NCBI GenBank assembly: GCA_016206085.1
Contig: JACQSF010000005.1
Location: 1,337 to 65,336 of the forward strand
From: Candidatus Uhrbacteria bacterium
Lineage (GTDB): Bacteria; Patescibacteriota; Patescibacteriia; UBA9934; GWF2-40-263
Direction: 5' to 3'
DNA: 64,000 nucleotides
Shown here: piece after piece, positions 28,136 through 38,109 of the stretch
Layout: each line of letters begins with the position of its first letter
Numbering within the stretch: the first letter of the stretch is position 1
Notes under the pieces: generated by a model
Database searches by the model: none
Told to the model about the DNA's origin: nothing
What the model saw: only the letters and a program-made list of their open reading frames with translations
Program-made: the position numbers and the translations under genes

Positions 28136-30199
28136 TTAGGTGCGTGGAGATTTAGAAAAACTGGAGAGCCAGGGGATCTTCAGGGCGTTGCGTGGAAACG
28201 CCGCGTCCATAAAACTCCGGGTGATCACGACGGCCGTGAACATACTGACCAAGACACCAATTCCAAGCAGGAGCGCAAAGCCGCGCACAAAACTGGTACT
28301 AAACACATAGAGGACAATCGCCACGACAAGGGTCGCCACATTTGAATCGCGAATGGCCGGCCAGGCACGTAGGAATCCTTCACGCGTTGCTCCAGCAAAA
28401 TCACGTCCCGATGCAAGCTCTTCCTTCATACGTTCGATGATGAGCACATTTGCATCCACCGCCATCCCCAAAGAGAGAATGAATCCAGCCACACCCGAGA
28501 GCGTGATGGTTACACCAAAGACTCGATAAATGGCCAGGTTGAGGAGCGCGTACAACATGAGAGCCACCACGGAAAAAAAACCAGCAAGCCGGTAATACGC
28601 GATCATGTAGATTGCCACGAGCGTGAATCCAACCAATGCAGCCTTCACACTCATAGAAAGCGACGTTGCCCCAAGGGTTGGTCCAACCGTCTGCTGCGAG
28701 AGCAGCGCAAGGGCAACCGGAAGAGCCCCTGCGTTCAAACGCTGAGACAACATCTTGGCTTCCGCCACGGTAAAGTTTCCGGTGATCACGGCCTGACCCC
28801 CGTAAATTGCCTGTTGAACGACGGGTGTTGAAATGGCTGAACCATCCAAGAAGATCGCCATGGGTTGACCCACGTGTGTTTGGGTTAACGTTGCAAAGAG
28901 ATCCGCCCCTTCTCCATTAAATGTGATGGCGACATAGGCAGAGCCGGTGGATGGGTCGAATTCAACCGCTGCGCGTGTGAGGTGCTTTCCACTGAGTGAG
29001 GTATTCACCCACTCATCAGTCTGAGGAATAACATCGTAGATACTCGAAAACGGCATGAGCACACGCTGGATCGTATAAGCCGGAATGGTTCGCTCATCGC
29101 GCTTGAGGATAAGATGGTAGCCGTACTCGGTTTCAACCACGGAAGAAATCTGCCCAATCTCAAGCTGCTCGGAGGCAAGACCAAAAGACGCAACATACGC
29201 ATCTGCTGTGGACCATCCCAAATCTCCCGAATTCGAAACGGCAGAGGGATCTGTCGAGTATTGTTTTGCAAGCTCCCCAAAATTTTCTGTGGTTGCTTGA
29301 TCTTTCAAATTGGTGATTTGGATCGAGGCATCCAGGGCGGTGAGCTCGTTCGTGCAACCTGTCTTACCCTCAAAACAGATGAGGATATGTGAAAGCTGCA
29401 TCTGTGCCATGTTGGTTGACTCAAGATACTTGAAGACACTAATTCCCTCTTCGTTCTCAAGAAGGTTCCCATTCACCTGCCCGGGGATAGCACCGCGCTG
29501 TTCAAGAAGAAGAACGTACTCGCCGAAAAAGGAATCTGAGGTCACACGTTGGATGATTCCCTTTGTGGTTTCTTTGTTGCGATCTGTGCTGTACTGAGCG
29601 ACAAGCGAATCAAAATCTTCCTGAGCACGTGCTCGATTGAGCACCTCTTGTGCGGCGGCTCGTTCTTGGGTGTTGAGTTCGTCCAACCTGTCTAACTCCT
29701 CCTTAGTGGGTTCACGATCAAGCTCTTCTCCAGGCACCTTAAACTCAAGGACAGGCGTCTCGCCAATCAGGGCAATCGCTTCGCTAACCTCAAGCACGCC
29801 AGCCAATTCGATCACAACGCGATAAGACCCACCTGTCGACGTTATCTGTACAACAGGTTCAGACACGCCAAAAGCGTTTACCCGTCTCTCAATCACATCA
29901 CGAACCCCCTCAAGCGCCTCCAAGCGATCTTCCTCTGGAATTTGAGTCATGTCCGCCTCATATACAAGGTGGGTTCCTCCTTGGAGGTCAAGTCCCAGAC
30001 GGAAAGATTTTTCTTCAAGCGTTGGAGGCAACCAGCCCGTTTTTGCCTCAACAAATTTTGCTCCCTGGTTCCAAAACCCAGGAAAATCATAGAATAGGGT
30101 GACAACGATGGCGATTAAGCCAAGAATTGCCCAAGCACGGGGCTTCCATGTTTTGGAACCATGAGCCACAGTTTTTTTCTTTATTTTCCACGTTTGCAT
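28136..30199 (-). CDS. secD: Protein translocase subunit SecD with inserted parvulin-type PPIase domain(s)
   Basis: LGLDLQGG, RRVNAFGVSEP, AGALP, GMAVDANVLI; insert SHILI...GDLGW...ETEYGYHLI. Confidence 0.93.
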   Translation of the reverse strand: MQTWKIKKKTVAHGSKTWKPRAWAILGLIAIVVTLFYDFPGFWNQGAKFVEAKTGWLPPTLEEKSFRLGLDLQGGTHLVYEADMTQIPEEDRLEALEGVRDVIERRVNAFGVSEPVVQITSTGGSYRVVIELAGVLEVSEAIALIGETPVLEFKVPGEELDREPTKEELDRLDELNTQERAAAQEVLNRARAQEDFDSLVAQYSTDRNKETTKGIIQRVTSDSFFGEYVLLLEQRGAIPGQVNGNLLENEEGISVFKYLESTNMAQMQLSHILICFEGKTGCTNELTALDASIQITNLKDQATTENFGELAKQYSTDPSAVSNSGDLGWSTADAYVASFGLASEQLEIGQISSVVETEYGYHLILKRDERTIPAYTIQRVLMPFSSIYDVIPQTDEWVNTSLSGKHLTRAAVEFDPSTGSAYVAITFNGEGADLFATLTQTHVGQPMAIFLDGSAISTPVVQQAIYGGQAVITGNFTVAEAKMLSQRLNAGALPVALALLSQQTVGPTLGATSLSMSVKAALVGFTLVAIYMIAYYRLAGFFSVVALMLYALLNLAIYRVFGVTITLSGVAGFILSLGMAVDANVLIIERMKEELASGRDFAGATREGFLRAWPAIRDSNVATLVVAIVLYVFSTSFVRGFALLLGIGVLVSMFTAVVITRSFMDAAFPRNALKIPWLSSFSKSPRT

Positions 30200-30267
30200 A
30201 TGAGATAAAAGACGGCAATAGTGTATGCGATCAGATCCCCTGGAGCAAGTGCACAACCCAAGATTGA

Positions 30268-30296
30268 TTGACGCAATGAGTCTATTGATGTATGGT
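30268..30296 (+). promoter_or_regulatory. Sigma70-type promoter of the FHA gene
   Basis: TTGACG-17 nt-TATGGT, then GGAGG SD. Confidence 0.6.
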
Positions 30297-30317
30297 TCCT
30301 CGTCCTTTGGAGGTCAG

Positions 30318-30815
30318 ATGTCAAGTACGAGAGGCGCCATTGCCCTCAAACAGGAAGTCCCGGATCAGACCCTCATCGCCCAGGAGCCAAGCCTGGTTCT
30401 GAGCGTCGTCGAGGTGGACGGAAATCCGTTGGAAGAGAACCCCTTCACGGCTACCATCCCCTTCCAACGACTCCAGGAACGGATCATCATCGGGTGTGAA
30501 AGCCCGACGCAGATCCCTCTGTTCCATCCGGATCTGGATCTGCAAGAAATCCTCAAGACCTATTCGACCGCAGACACTGGTTGGATCGTCTCGCGACAGC
30601 ATGTGCTGTTGGGCTTGCAGGATGGTGTCGTCATTGCCACCAACCTCTCCCACAGCAGTGGCACCTCATGGATCGAGAGATCCACACGCCTGCGTCCACT
30701 GCTCTCGCGCTACCCACACGTTCTTCGGCCCGGCGACATCCTTATTCTGGGGAACCCCAGTGGACGCTGTGTCCGGATTCGGATCGAGTTCTCCTCCACG
30801 TCCCACAACGAGTGA
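30318..30815 (+). CDS. FHA-domain protein (degenerate)
   Basis: VSRQH...NLSHSSGT...LRPGDILILG FHA pattern; lacks the GR motif (GC instead). Confidence 0.65.
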   Translation: MSSTRGAIALKQEVPDQTLIAQEPSLVLSVVEVDGNPLEENPFTATIPFQRLQERIIIGCESPTQIPLFHPDLDLQEILKTYSTADTGWIVSRQHVLLGLQDGVVIATNLSHSSGTSWIERSTRLRPLLSRYPHVLRPGDILILGNPSGRCVRIRIEFSSTSHNE

Positions 30816-30822
30816 ACCTACG

Positions 30823-30848
30823 ATCTCGACCCCATGGTCGAGATTTTT
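30823..30848 (+). terminator. Intrinsic terminator
   Basis: ATCTCGACC-CCAT-GGTCGAGAT-TTTT. Confidence 0.65.
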
Positions 30849-30863
30849 AATTGGGGCATCTGT

Positions 30864-32411
30864 TCACATGTCAGTTCCTGAGTAACTAAGGTTGAGAGAC
30901 TTATTGCACAGCGGAAAGTCTGGGACGATGTTTCCTGGTCCAAGCTCTCCAAACAGCGCCCAGTTGCAAAACGATGGGTCGCGGGGCATACAGCGTTCTA
31001 TTTTTCCATTTTTGAGGTGCACGACGGTAAGAATCTCTCCGCGCCAGGATTCGACGGCACCAATACCTGATCCGTCCTTATAAGATAGACCTGTGCAGAC
31101 GACGCCACCCCTGTTCAGCTTGAGCGCCGCCAGAAGAACCTCCAGAGAAACAGCAAGCTCATCCACACGACATCGATATCGAGCATACACGTCTCCATCC
31201 ATCGCTGTCACGAGTTTCCAAGGAAGTTCCTGGTACGCGGCATACGGGTGTGAGGCTCGAACATCTCGCATGACACCAGAGGCACGAGCCGGAAGTCCGA
31301 CCGCCCCGTAGGCGATCGCTGTTTCATGCTTGAGCACACCGGTTGTCTCCAATCGCTCTCGTAGTCCATCTGATTGCATTGCCATGGCGACCAAATCCTG
31401 CATTTCTTTGACCGCGGCCGTGGCGGTCTCGCTTACCAGATCGCATTCCCCCTCTGTCCAATCGCGCGTAACACCACCTGGAACGATTGCTCCGCGCCAG
31501 AATCGGTTACCCAGCAATGATTCAGAGAGTCGCACAAGACGCTCTTTTACGCGGAAACCGTTAGCCGCCATAAGGCTGTATCCAGTTCCCATGCCAGCGA
31601 TATTGGCGAGATCGTGGATGTGCATTGTGAGACGTTCAAGTTCACACAGGGCGACGCGCAAAGCCTGCGCACGCTCTGGAACCTTTGTCTCAGAAATTTT
31701 TTCCACAGCCTGACAAAACGCGAGGGCGTGTGATGCGGCCATATCGCCGGAAAGACGTTCGATGAAAGCCAGAGCCTCCTCTGGAGTCTTCCCTTCCAGA
31801 AGTTTCTCAACCCCCTTATGAGTGAAGAACAATTTTCCCTCAAGAGTAATGATACGTTCTCCCGCGACGTTGAAGCGGAAATGTCCCGGTTCGATGATCC
31901 CGGCGTGAATCGGTCCCACAGGGATCTCATACACTCCATCCCCTTCAACATGATGCATCGGGTACGGAACCTGGGCATGATCGAGTTTGGTGTTCCAAGC
32001 AAAATCTTTTCGAAGCGGGTGTGTTTCTTCGGGGATATTTTCGTGGTGAACCAAACGGCGTGGATCTGGATGACCCTCTGGAGTAATTCCAAACATGTCT
32101 TGGAGGTAGCGCTCATACCAGTGAGCCGCCATCACGGACGCAGTAATGGACGGATAAGATGGACTCTCGGATGAGACAGATGTCGAGAGAACCAACCACT
32201 GTGCTTCCTCTTCCAGAGACAGAACCGCATGAACACTAAACGTATTTTTTTGTGCTCGGTCGTCTGTGGCATACACCAACGAAAGTGGTAAACCAGACTC
32301 GATGAGCTTCCCGACAAGAGTGGCAAACTCCACAGACTCAACCTGACAATGCATTTCGTCGTGATGAGTTGTGGAAGAAGGAAATAAAGATTTTATCTGT
32401 TTGTATGTCAT
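30864..32411 (-). CDS. Ehr large subunit (NuoC+NuoD/HyfG-like, no NiFe motifs)
   Basis: WYERYLQDMFG, HPLRKDF, GPIHAGIIEPGHFRF, ERLSGD, PDFPLCNKSLNLSYSG. Confidence 0.88.
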   Translation of the reverse strand: MTYKQIKSLFPSSTTHHDEMHCQVESVEFATLVGKLIESGLPLSLVYATDDRAQKNTFSVHAVLSLEEEAQWLVLSTSVSSESPSYPSITASVMAAHWYERYLQDMFGITPEGHPDPRRLVHHENIPEETHPLRKDFAWNTKLDHAQVPYPMHHVEGDGVYEIPVGPIHAGIIEPGHFRFNVAGERIITLEGKLFFTHKGVEKLLEGKTPEEALAFIERLSGDMAASHALAFCQAVEKISETKVPERAQALRVALCELERLTMHIHDLANIAGMGTGYSLMAANGFRVKERLVRLSESLLGNRFWRGAIVPGGVTRDWTEGECDLVSETATAAVKEMQDLVAMAMQSDGLRERLETTGVLKHETAIAYGAVGLPARASGVMRDVRASHPYAAYQELPWKLVTAMDGDVYARYRCRVDELAVSLEVLLAALKLNRGGVVCTGLSYKDGSGIGAVESWRGEILTVVHLKNGKIERCMPRDPSFCNWALFGELGPGNIVPDFPLCNKSLNLSYSGTDM

Positions 32412-33886
32412 AAAGGTGTGAGAGACTTGGCGATCTGAGAGACCATTTCCCAACCTGCTCCAGAAAGCATCCAGATGCCGAACACGAGAGCGGCTCCCAA
32501 CTGAACCGTCATGACCGTGTGGGCAAGGTTCCCTGTTTCAACCGAGGCGTCTTGTTTTTCTTCTGGGACGACGGGGCTGTACAAAAGCTCAAACAAATGT
32601 CGACTCAGTCCCAGTCCTGCCATGGTAATTCCAAGAAGCGCAAGCAGCGCGATCACCGGACTGCGGGTCAATCCTTCTCCGACTAGGATATATTCACTCA
32701 AGAACAGTCCGGATGGAGGAACACCGATCAAAAACAGAGCCGCGATTAAAAAGAGAAACCCTGTGCGTGGCGCTCGACGCATCACATCATGGACAAGATA
32801 AAATTTTGTAGATTCAAACCGTTGCAAGAGCTCTCCTGCCCCGAAGAACAAGGTGGATTTCGCCAGGGCATGCCCAATCATGTGGATGGTGAATCCAACC
32901 ATTCCAACAGGTCCCAGTCCCACCAGCACTCCCATGATTCCCATGTGTTCCACGCTGTGGTAGGCAAGCATACGCTTGTAATTGCGCTGAATGAGCAAAA
33001 TGAATGCAGCCAGCAAAATGGAGAAGAGGCCGAAAAAGAGAAAAAACTGGTTCGTCCAGTCCGGGTTGCCAAGCGTCCCATCGACAATGACCTTGAACCT
33101 CAAGAGCGTGAAGAACGCAACATTGAGCAGGATACCCGAGAGCATAGCGGAAACCGGAGCCGGCGTTTTGCTGTGCGCGTCCGGGAGCCACGTGTGCATG
33201 GGGACAAATCCGATTTTGGTTCCAAAACCAATGAATAAGAACACGAATGCCCACATCACGATCCCAGGGTTCATCGTTCCTGCCACATCCTGAAGCAGAT
33301 TCATTCTAAATGCCTCAGCCTCGTGCAAACCCGCGCCCGCACCTGCATAGCCCAAGACGAGAATCCCAAAAAGTCCCAGGGCAATTCCTGTTGAGCACAG
33401 GACGATATACTTCCACGCCGCCTCCATCGAGGATTTCTTTCCATAAAAGGAGACAAGGAGTGTGGTTGAAAGCGTGGTCGCTTCAAGTCCAACCCAAAGG
33501 AGTCCGACGTTGTTTGCGAAAATCGCCACAAGCATGGAGAGGACAAACAGGGGTACGCTCACCATGTAGAGTCGCATGTGCCGCAAGGACAAGATCTCCT
33601 TACGTTCCTCCACGGCAAGGTAGTGAAAACTCACCCCCATGGCACAGGCGTAGAGCCAGACCACCAAGAGGGCGACAAGTGAAGCAAACGGGGTCACGTC
33701 CCACCAGGACGTTTGCCAGCCTTCTGTGAGACCGACCAATACCGGACCCAACATCCAGGTCATCGTTACAAGCGTGATGATCGATGTTATGAGACCAATC
33801 GCTCGAAGCATCCGACCATGCATGTTCGGGAGAAGACAGACAGCGGAACCGATGAGAAGAATTCCAACGGAAAGAAAAAACGTCAT
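32408..33886 (-). CDS. HyfF-like antiporter-type membrane subunit
   Basis: WVGLEATTL, EAAWKY, GTKIGFVPMHTWLPDAH, KRMLAYHSVEHMG. Confidence 0.88.
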   Translation of the reverse strand: MTFFLSVGILLIGSAVCLLPNMHGRMLRAIGLITSIITLVTMTWMLGPVLVGLTEGWQTSWWDVTPFASLVALLVVWLYACAMGVSFHYLAVEERKEILSLRHMRLYMVSVPLFVLSMLVAIFANNVGLLWVGLEATTLSTTLLVSFYGKKSSMEAAWKYIVLCSTGIALGLFGILVLGYAGAGAGLHEAEAFRMNLLQDVAGTMNPGIVMWAFVFLFIGFGTKIGFVPMHTWLPDAHSKTPAPVSAMLSGILLNVAFFTLLRFKVIVDGTLGNPDWTNQFFLFFGLFSILLAAFILLIQRNYKRMLAYHSVEHMGIMGVLVGLGPVGMVGFTIHMIGHALAKSTLFFGAGELLQRFESTKFYLVHDVMRRAPRTGFLFLIAALFLIGVPPSGLFLSEYILVGEGLTRSPVIALLALLGITMAGLGLSRHLFELLYSPVVPEEKQDASVETGNLAHTVMTVQLGAALVFGIWMLSGAGWEMVSQIAKSLTPL

Positions 33887-33888
33887 AC

Positions 33889-34554
33889 TTAGTCAGTCAA
33901 CTCATTCAAATGAGTGGTATCGTGCGTCCCAAACAAGGCCTGAACGCGGTGGCTCAGCGTGGCCATGAGGATCGCTCCAATCAAGACGGCCGAGTACACG
34001 CCAAACTCAATCGCCACGGGAATTCCTCCTAAGGCACTCAACGAAAATGCCGCGATCCCGTTTTCAAGCACAAGGAAGCCAATAAGCTGGGAAAGCAGGT
34101 CGCGTCGCAAAATCATCATGACGAGTCCGACAAGAATGACTCCAACGGAAATCGGCAAAAGAACCAGGATCTGACCGATTCCCTCCCCCGCGAGAATGAG
34201 CGGTGAACGCAGTGCAAGAAAAATTCCTAAAGTGAAAACGAGTCCACCGACGAACCAGCTTGCCGAAGGGCGCAACGAGGATGAAAGACGTAACGACGCA
34301 CCGGAGTGTTCTGCCATGTTTCGAATCACAAAAGGAACCAGGAGTGCCTTGATGGCCACAACGGCGACGGCAACGGGAATGAGATGCATGGCAGATTTCT
34401 CATAAGCGAGAGCCAGAGCGAGGCCACCCAGCGCCACAGATGAAAATGTATAGGATCGCAAGAGGCTCGGGAGACGCATGAGCGTGAACGACGCCAGTGT
34501 CCCCGCGATAAACAGTCCAAGCATGAGCATTGTGAATAACGTAGGGGTCGTCAT
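33889..34554 (-). CDS. HyfE-like membrane subunit
   Basis: IKALLVP, QLIGFLVLENG; operon position. Confidence 0.8.
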   Translation of the reverse strand: MTTPTLFTMLMLGLFIAGTLASFTLMRLPSLLRSYTFSSVALGGLALALAYEKSAMHLIPVAVAVVAIKALLVPFVIRNMAEHSGASLRLSSSLRPSASWFVGGLVFTLGIFLALRSPLILAGEGIGQILVLLPISVGVILVGLVMMILRRDLLSQLIGFLVLENGIAAFSLSALGGIPVAIEFGVYSAVLIGAILMATLSHRVQALFGTHDTTHLNELTD

Positions 34555-35474
34555 ACAACAAGGGTAAGTATCAAACCGAACAAGGCGAGAAAAAAGGCAA
34601 TGCTCATATACTCCTGCATGCGGAAAAAGCGCATCTTGGCGATCGAGGACTCCAAGAGGCCGAGGGCGAACGAACCAACCACCACTGTGGCCAAAACACC
34701 ACCCACAGCCAGACCAATCGTCATGGGATCAAATGCTCCCTCGGGTTTTGCCCAAACGAGGTTTCCTAAAATAAGCAGGAACACCGTGAGTTTGATCGAG
34801 GAAGCGTATTCGAGCATCGCAAGGTAAGGACCGGAATATTCCAGAACCATCGCCTCGTGCACCATCGTAAGCTCAAGGTGGGTGGCTGGATTATCAATAG
34901 GATAGCGAGCGTTCTCGGCAAGGGTAATCAAGATGAGTGCCCCAAAACTCAACAGCAGCGCAGGATGAGACCAAGCCGACATCCCCTGTCCAAATATCTC
35001 CTGGACGGAGGTACTTTCTGCGACCGTCGCAAAAGCTGCAAACGTGGTGAGTACGGCGGGTTCAATGAGCGCGGCAAGGGTCATTTCGCGACTAGCTCCC
35101 ATCCCTCCAAACGCCGTGGCGGCATCAAGCCCACCCAACACAAGGAAGACGGAACTCAGCGCCAGAACTCCAGCCAGGACAAAGAGATCGACCTGTGAGA
35201 TTCCGCTATCAGAAAAGACAAGGGGAAGCGTTAACGCCAGGAAGACGGCAACACCTAAGACCATGAACGGTACCAACCGAAACACCCAAGATCGGCTGGC
35301 GGAAATAACATGCTCCTTTTTAAGCGTGGTCAACAGGGCGTAGTAGACAAGCAATGGCGAAGCGCCCTGTCTCCCCTGAAATCGCGCCTTAAACCATACA
35401 ACCAAACCCGACACAAATGGGGCGATGAGCAGGACAAGAACAACCTGTATGATAAGTGTGATAACCATGATCAT
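34551..35474 (-). CDS. HyfC/NuoH-like membrane subunit
   Basis: ARFQGRQG, FGGMGASRE, AENARYPIDNPATHLELTMVHEAMVLEYSG. Confidence 0.9.
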   Translation of the reverse strand: MIMVITLIIQVVLVLLIAPFVSGLVVWFKARFQGRQGASPLLVYYALLTTLKKEHVISASRSWVFRLVPFMVLGVAVFLALTLPLVFSDSGISQVDLFVLAGVLALSSVFLVLGGLDAATAFGGMGASREMTLAALIEPAVLTTFAAFATVAESTSVQEIFGQGMSAWSHPALLLSFGALILITLAENARYPIDNPATHLELTMVHEAMVLEYSGPYLAMLEYASSIKLTVFLLILGNLVWAKPEGAFDPMTIGLAVGGVLATVVVGSFALGLLESSIAKMRFFRMQEYMSIAFFLALFGLILTLVV

Positions 35475-37453
35475 AGAGCAATCCAGAGGGTAAGGATGAT
35501 GGTGGCAAAAATGAGGAAAAGGTAGAAACGAATGTTCCCGCTCTGGACTTTTTTCACTTGCTCAGCGACCCCCAGGAGGAACCGACCGACAGGAACGTAT
35601 CCAAAGTCCATCCAGATAGAACGCATATTGAGGGTCGATGTGTGAGAAACAATCCAAGGATTGCTTGCCACCACAGGTTGAGTCGCAATCTGTTTCTTTG
35701 TTCGCAATATCAAACGAAAGAAAAATCGGATCGGCGCCGAAAAGGCCGTGGCTGTGTACTCCATGCTGGCATCAATCGGTTGACCGCAGTCCCACCCATG
35801 ATATTCCCTCTCATGCTTCACACGACTTGTGAGACGACGACCGACCCAGACAAGAACCACACTCCCCAGAAGAAGCCAAAGGATAAGCGATGGTTGAATG
35901 GTGGCGCTTCCAACGGAGAGTTCTCGTGGGGACGCCGTCATGGCTCCACCCCCAATGAGTGTCAGAACCGTCGGTGCATAGAGTCCCAGAGCGAAGATCG
36001 CAAGCGCACAGACCCCAACAGAAAACAGCTCTCCGGATGATGGAAGTTCGTGAACTTCTCTCGCGTGCGCACTCCGAGGTTCGGCCAACATGGAAAGCGC
36101 AAACAATTTCACCATGGCAAAGATCGCCAACCCCCCCACGAGTACCACAAGCGCAAATGTGAAGATCAAGACCGCACTCACCAAAACAGATGTTGAGGAA
36201 ACGTTTTGCAAGAGTCCTTGGAAGAACATCCACTCACCAAAGAAGGAACCAAACGGCGGCAAGGAGGCAGCTGCAAGGGCAAGCACACAGAAGAACACAG
36301 AGAATGCTGGAAGCGGTTTGGCAAGCCCGCCCATCTTTTCAAGATTGCGTGAATGAACGGCCCGCACCACAACCCCTGAGACAAGAAAAAGACCTGTCTT
36401 GAAAATGGCGTGAGAGATCGCAAAGAAAACTGAGGCGACGATCGCTACTTCATACAACCCTACTAGCCCAACCGAGGAGGCAAAAAATGCCACACCGATC
36501 ATGGTAAAGATAAGGCCAATGTTTTCGATACTGCTAAACGCGAGCGTCCGTTTGAAGTCACGATCAACCACCGCATACAAGACTCCAAACAGCGCCGAGA
36601 GAAGACCAAAACCTAAGATGATAAGCGAGGCAGACGTGCCAATAGGGGGAAGGATGAATAAGAGCACTCGAAGAAATCCGTAGATCGACACCTTCAGCAT
36701 GACTCCAGACATGAACGCAGAGATATGGCTTGGGGCGGCCGGGTGCGCCTCGGGAAGCCAGACATGAAATGGAACGAGTCCGGCCTTGGAACCAAAACCA
36801 AAAAAGAAGAGGCCGAAACACGTCCACAATACCCATGAGGGTACGATCCTGGCCATGGACGCGAGTGTTGAGAAATCAGTAAACAACGAACCCTGAGCCA
36901 AAAAGAGAAAGCCCGCTAAAATAGCCGCGGCTCCCAGATGTGTCATGATGAGATAGAGCAAAGCCGCTCGGATGGAGTCCTGTGACCGATCACTCATGAC
37001 CAGGAAAAAGGACGCGATGGACATCACTTCCCAGCCCGTCATAAACGCCAACGGCGTCTGTGACAAAATCACGATCTGCATGCCAAGAACAAAGGCCGCA
37101 ACAAGCGCGTTCAAACTCGGTAAGTGATACGTCTCTTGGTAGGAGCGCAGATAAGAGCCGGCATACACCGCGCACAGGACACTCACCAATGAGACGAGGG
37201 AAAAGAAAATAGCTCCGAACAAGTCTAACTGAAACACGGGAAAGAATTCCGCAAACTCGAGTAGGATCTGCAATCCTGTTTCTGGAGCAAGAAAAATCTT
37301 GAAACTTGCGATCAGACCCAGAACACCTGAAACGGCCAGCGAGACCTGCGAAAGTTTATGAAACAAAAGAGATCGTCCAGAAAGTGCGACCACCCCCGAG
37401 AGCGACGTGAACAGGAGACTCGCGAACAACATATGCTCACTCAACCATAACAT
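35471..37453 (-). CDS. HyfB-like antiporter-type membrane subunit
   Basis: WEVMS, KAGLVPFHVWLPEAHPAAPS, LAFSSIENIG, WDCG. Confidence 0.9.
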   Translation of the reverse strand: MLWLSEHMLFASLLFTSLSGVVALSGRSLLFHKLSQVSLAVSGVLGLIASFKIFLAPETGLQILLEFAEFFPVFQLDLFGAIFFSLVSLVSVLCAVYAGSYLRSYQETYHLPSLNALVAAFVLGMQIVILSQTPLAFMTGWEVMSIASFFLVMSDRSQDSIRAALLYLIMTHLGAAAILAGFLFLAQGSLFTDFSTLASMARIVPSWVLWTCFGLFFFGFGSKAGLVPFHVWLPEAHPAAPSHISAFMSGVMLKVSIYGFLRVLLFILPPIGTSASLIILGFGLLSALFGVLYAVVDRDFKRTLAFSSIENIGLIFTMIGVAFFASSVGLVGLYEVAIVASVFFAISHAIFKTGLFLVSGVVVRAVHSRNLEKMGGLAKPLPAFSVFFCVLALAAASLPPFGSFFGEWMFFQGLLQNVSSTSVLVSAVLIFTFALVVLVGGLAIFAMVKLFALSMLAEPRSAHAREVHELPSSGELFSVGVCALAIFALGLYAPTVLTLIGGGAMTASPRELSVGSATIQPSLILWLLLGSVVLVWVGRRLTSRVKHEREYHGWDCGQPIDASMEYTATAFSAPIRFFFRLILRTKKQIATQPVVASNPWIVSHTSTLNMRSIWMDFGYVPVGRFLLGVAEQVKKVQSGNIRFYLFLIFATIILTLWIAL

Positions 37454-37457
37454 AGAT

Positions 37458-37988
37458 TTACGAATGCTTTTTAAGCGCGCATGAGAGTGCTTTTAACATG
37501 TCCGTCGGCGATGGTGGATCACCGGGAATTTTTATGTGGACCGGGATCACGTTTTCAACCGCGCCAACAACCGCATAGGAATCTTTCCAGATGCCACCGG
37601 TGCAGGCTCCATCCCCTACCGCCACCACGATGCATGGCTGTGGAGCCGCCTCGTAGGTTGTTTTTACTGCCCGCTCAAGATTCCGTGTAACGGGTCCGGT
37701 CACAAACAACATGTCTGCATGGCGAGGGGACGCAACAAAAGACAGTCCGAAACGCTCAATGTCATAGTAGGCGTTGTTCAAGGCTGTCAATTCGATCTCT
37801 TCTGCATTTGTCGATCCCCCATCGACCGCGCGAATACGGAGTGACTTTCCCCCGTACAGGGAACCGATAATCTGTTTAAGCTCAGTTCCAGCGGTCTCTA
37901 GCGACTCATCTGTTGACGTAAAGACAGACCTCTCTTCCGTTACCTTAGAACCAAAAAATAGGATCCGAAAAAGCTTGAGAATATACAT
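37458..37988 (-). CDS. Ehr small subunit (NuoB/HycG-like) with substituted Fe-S ligands
   Basis: YYDIERFGLSFVASPRHAD, VTGPVTRN; GGSTNAEE, GDGAC and IPGDPP at the usual Cys positions. Confidence 0.85.
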   Translation of the reverse strand: MYILKLFRILFFGSKVTEERSVFTSTDESLETAGTELKQIIGSLYGGKSLRIRAVDGGSTNAEEIELTALNNAYYDIERFGLSFVASPRHADMLFVTGPVTRNLERAVKTTYEAAPQPCIVVAVGDGACTGGIWKDSYAVVGAVENVIPVHIKIPGDPPSPTDMLKALSCALKKHS

Positions 37989-38061
37989 AGAGTGAAAAAC
38001 GACAGGATTATAGTCCTGGGACAAAAACTTATCAATGGCTCTAAAAGTGGATAATTTCTGA

Positions 38062-38094
38062 AAGATAAAGCCGCCCGTTTCGTTAAGGCGGCTG
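38062..38094 (-). terminator. Intrinsic terminator after the CA-like gene
   Basis: Minus strand AGCCGCC-TTAACGAAACG-GGCGGCT-TTATCTTT. Confidence 0.6.
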
Positions 38095-38109
38095 AGTTGA
38101 GCGCAGGTT

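Noticed and set aside
30864..32411. True [NiFe] group 4 hydrogenase
   Set aside because: Both CxxC metal-binding motifs are absent and there are no hyp genes.
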